Shown one piece after another: positions 61,601 to 64,000 of a stretch of DNA of 64,000 bases. Source of the DNA: Eledone cirrhosa (taxonomy: Eukaryota); assembly GCA_964016885.1 (NCBI GenBank), contig CAXHJY010000078.1:1-64000 (forward strand). The letters run 5' to 3'. The position numbers and the translations under genes were made by a program. The stretch's first letter is position 1; the number at the start of each line of letters is the position of its first letter. Below the pieces are notes generated by a model. That model searched no databases. It was not told the DNA's origin and saw nothing but the letters and a program-made list of their open reading frames with translations.

Positions 61601-64000
61601 CCAACACCAACATACTTCAACACCAACACACACCAACACCAACAAACACCAACAAACACCAACACCAACAAACACCAACACCAAGAAAAACCAAGAAACA
61701 CCAACACCAACACCAACAAACACCAACACCAACACACACCAAGAAACACTAACACACACCAACACCAACACCAACACACACCAACACCAACACACACCAA
61801 CACAAACACCAACACACACCAACACACACCAACACACACCAACACCAACACACACCAACACCAACACACACCAACACCAACAAACACCAACACCTACAAA
61901 CACCAACACACACCAACAGACACCAACACCAACAAACACCAACACCAACAAACACCAACACCAACCAACACCAACAAACACCAACAAACACCAACACACA
62001 CCAACACCAACACACACCAACACCAACATACTTCAACACACACCAACACCAACACACACCAACACCAACATACTTCAACACACACCAACACCAACACACA
62101 CCAACACCAACAAACACCAACAAACAGCAACACCAACAAACACCAACACCAAGAAACACCAACACCAACACCAACAAACACCAACACCAACACACACCAA
62201 GAAACACTAACACACACCAACACAAACACCAACACACACCAACACACACCAACACACACCAACACACACCAACAAACACCAACACCAACACACACCAACA
62301 CCAACACACACCAACACCAACAAACGCCAACACCAACACACACCAACACCAACACACACCAACACCAACACACAACAACACCAACACACACCAACACACA
62401 ACAACACCAACACACACCAACACCAACACACACCAACACCAACACACACCAACACCAACACACACCAACACCAACAAACACCAACACCAACACACACCAA
62501 CACCAACACACACCAACACACACCAACACCAACACACACCAACACACACCAACACCAACACACACCAACACCAACACACACCAACACCCAACAAACACCA
62601 ACAAACACCAACAAACACCAACACCCAACAAACACCAACACCAACAAACACCAACACCAAGAAACACCAAGAAACACCAACACCAACACCAACAAACACC
62701 AACACCAACACACACCAAGAAACACTAACACACACCAACACAAACACCAACACACACCAACACCAACACACACCAACACACACCAACAAACACCAACACC
62801 AACACACACCAACACCAACAAACACCAACACCAACACACACCAATACCAACACACACCAATACCAACACACACCAACAAACACCAACACCAACAAACACC
62901 TACACCAACACACACCAACACGAACACACACCAACAAACACCAACACACACCAACACCAACACACACTAACACCAACACACCAACACCAACACACACCAA
63001 CACACAACAAACACCAACACACACCAACACCAACACACACCAACACCAACAAACACCAACACCAACAAACACCAACACCAACACACACCAACACCAACAC
63101 ACACCAACACCAACACACACCAACACCAACACACACCAACACCAACACACACCAACACCAACACACACCAACACCAACACACACCAACACCAACACACAC
63201 CAACACCAACACACACCAACACCAACACACACCAACACCAACACACACCAACACCAACACACACCAACACCAACACACACCAACACCAACACACACCAAC
63301 ACCAACACACACCAACACACACCAACACCAACAAATACCAACACCAACACACACCAACAACAACAAACACCAACACCAACACACACCAACAACAACAAAC
63401 ACCAACATCAACACACACCAACACCAACACACACCAACACACACCAACACACACCAACACCAACAAACACCAACACCAACAAACACCAACACCAACACAT
63501 ACCAACACCAACAAACACCAACACCAACAAACACCAACAAACACCAACACCAACAAACACCAACAAACACCAACAAACACCAACAAACACCAACAAACAC
63601 CAACACACACCAACACACACCAACACCAACACACACCAACACCAACACACACCAACACCAACACACACCAACACCAACACACACCAACACCAACACACAC
63701 CAACACACAACAACACCAACAAACACCAACACCAACAAACACCAACACACACCTACACCAACACACGCCAACACCAACACATGCCAACACCAACACATGC
63801 CAACACCAACATACACCAACACACTCCAACACCAACACACTCCAACACCAACACACACCAACACCAACAAACACCAACACCAACAAACACCAACACCAAC
63901 AAACACCAACACCAACAAACACCAACACCAACAAACACCGACACCAACAAACACCAACACACACCAACACCAACTCACACCAACACACACCAACACCAAC
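40610..64000. repeat. 23.4 kb CA-rich compound satellite built from CCAACA, CCAACACACA, CCAACAAACA, CCAACACGCA; runs off the window end
   Basis: Direct inspection; + strand is almost only A/C. Confidence 0.98.

Noticed and set aside
40494-63999. 3687-aa His/Thr/Gln/Pro ORF and many Val/Cys/Trp minus-strand ORFs
   Set aside because: A/C-only satellite lacks stop codons by composition; the 6- and 10-bp words do not preserve frame

Overview
Repeat-saturated eukaryotic (metazoan) DNA. The (TA)n abundance and SINE/LINE types suggest a cephalopod such as Octopus, but that is inference. No convincing host gene is present, and nearly all long ORFs are microsatellite artefacts. Contents: large (TA)n/(TATG)n tracts, minisatellites with 15, 20, 20 and 61 bp units, and a 23 kb CA-rich compound satellite with multi-kb higher-order duplications. 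Mobile elements: one intact full-length L1/Tx1-type LINE (ORF1+ORF2), three 5'-truncated relatives in a 20-bp minisatellite, RTE, CR1 and R4/Dong-like LINE fragments, tRNA-derived SINEs, and an internally deleted DD37D Tc1/mariner. Two signals stand out. (1) About a dozen sequence-diverse minimal type-I hammerhead ribozyme motifs sit in short islands between TA tracts, three pairs of them on the arms of 300-1060 bp fold-back inverted repeats, probably Penelope-like pseudo-LTR relics. (2) All four Tx1 copies end at the same phase of one target motif, TATCT(C/A)TCTATA(T/C)ACAC, with apparently long flank duplications.
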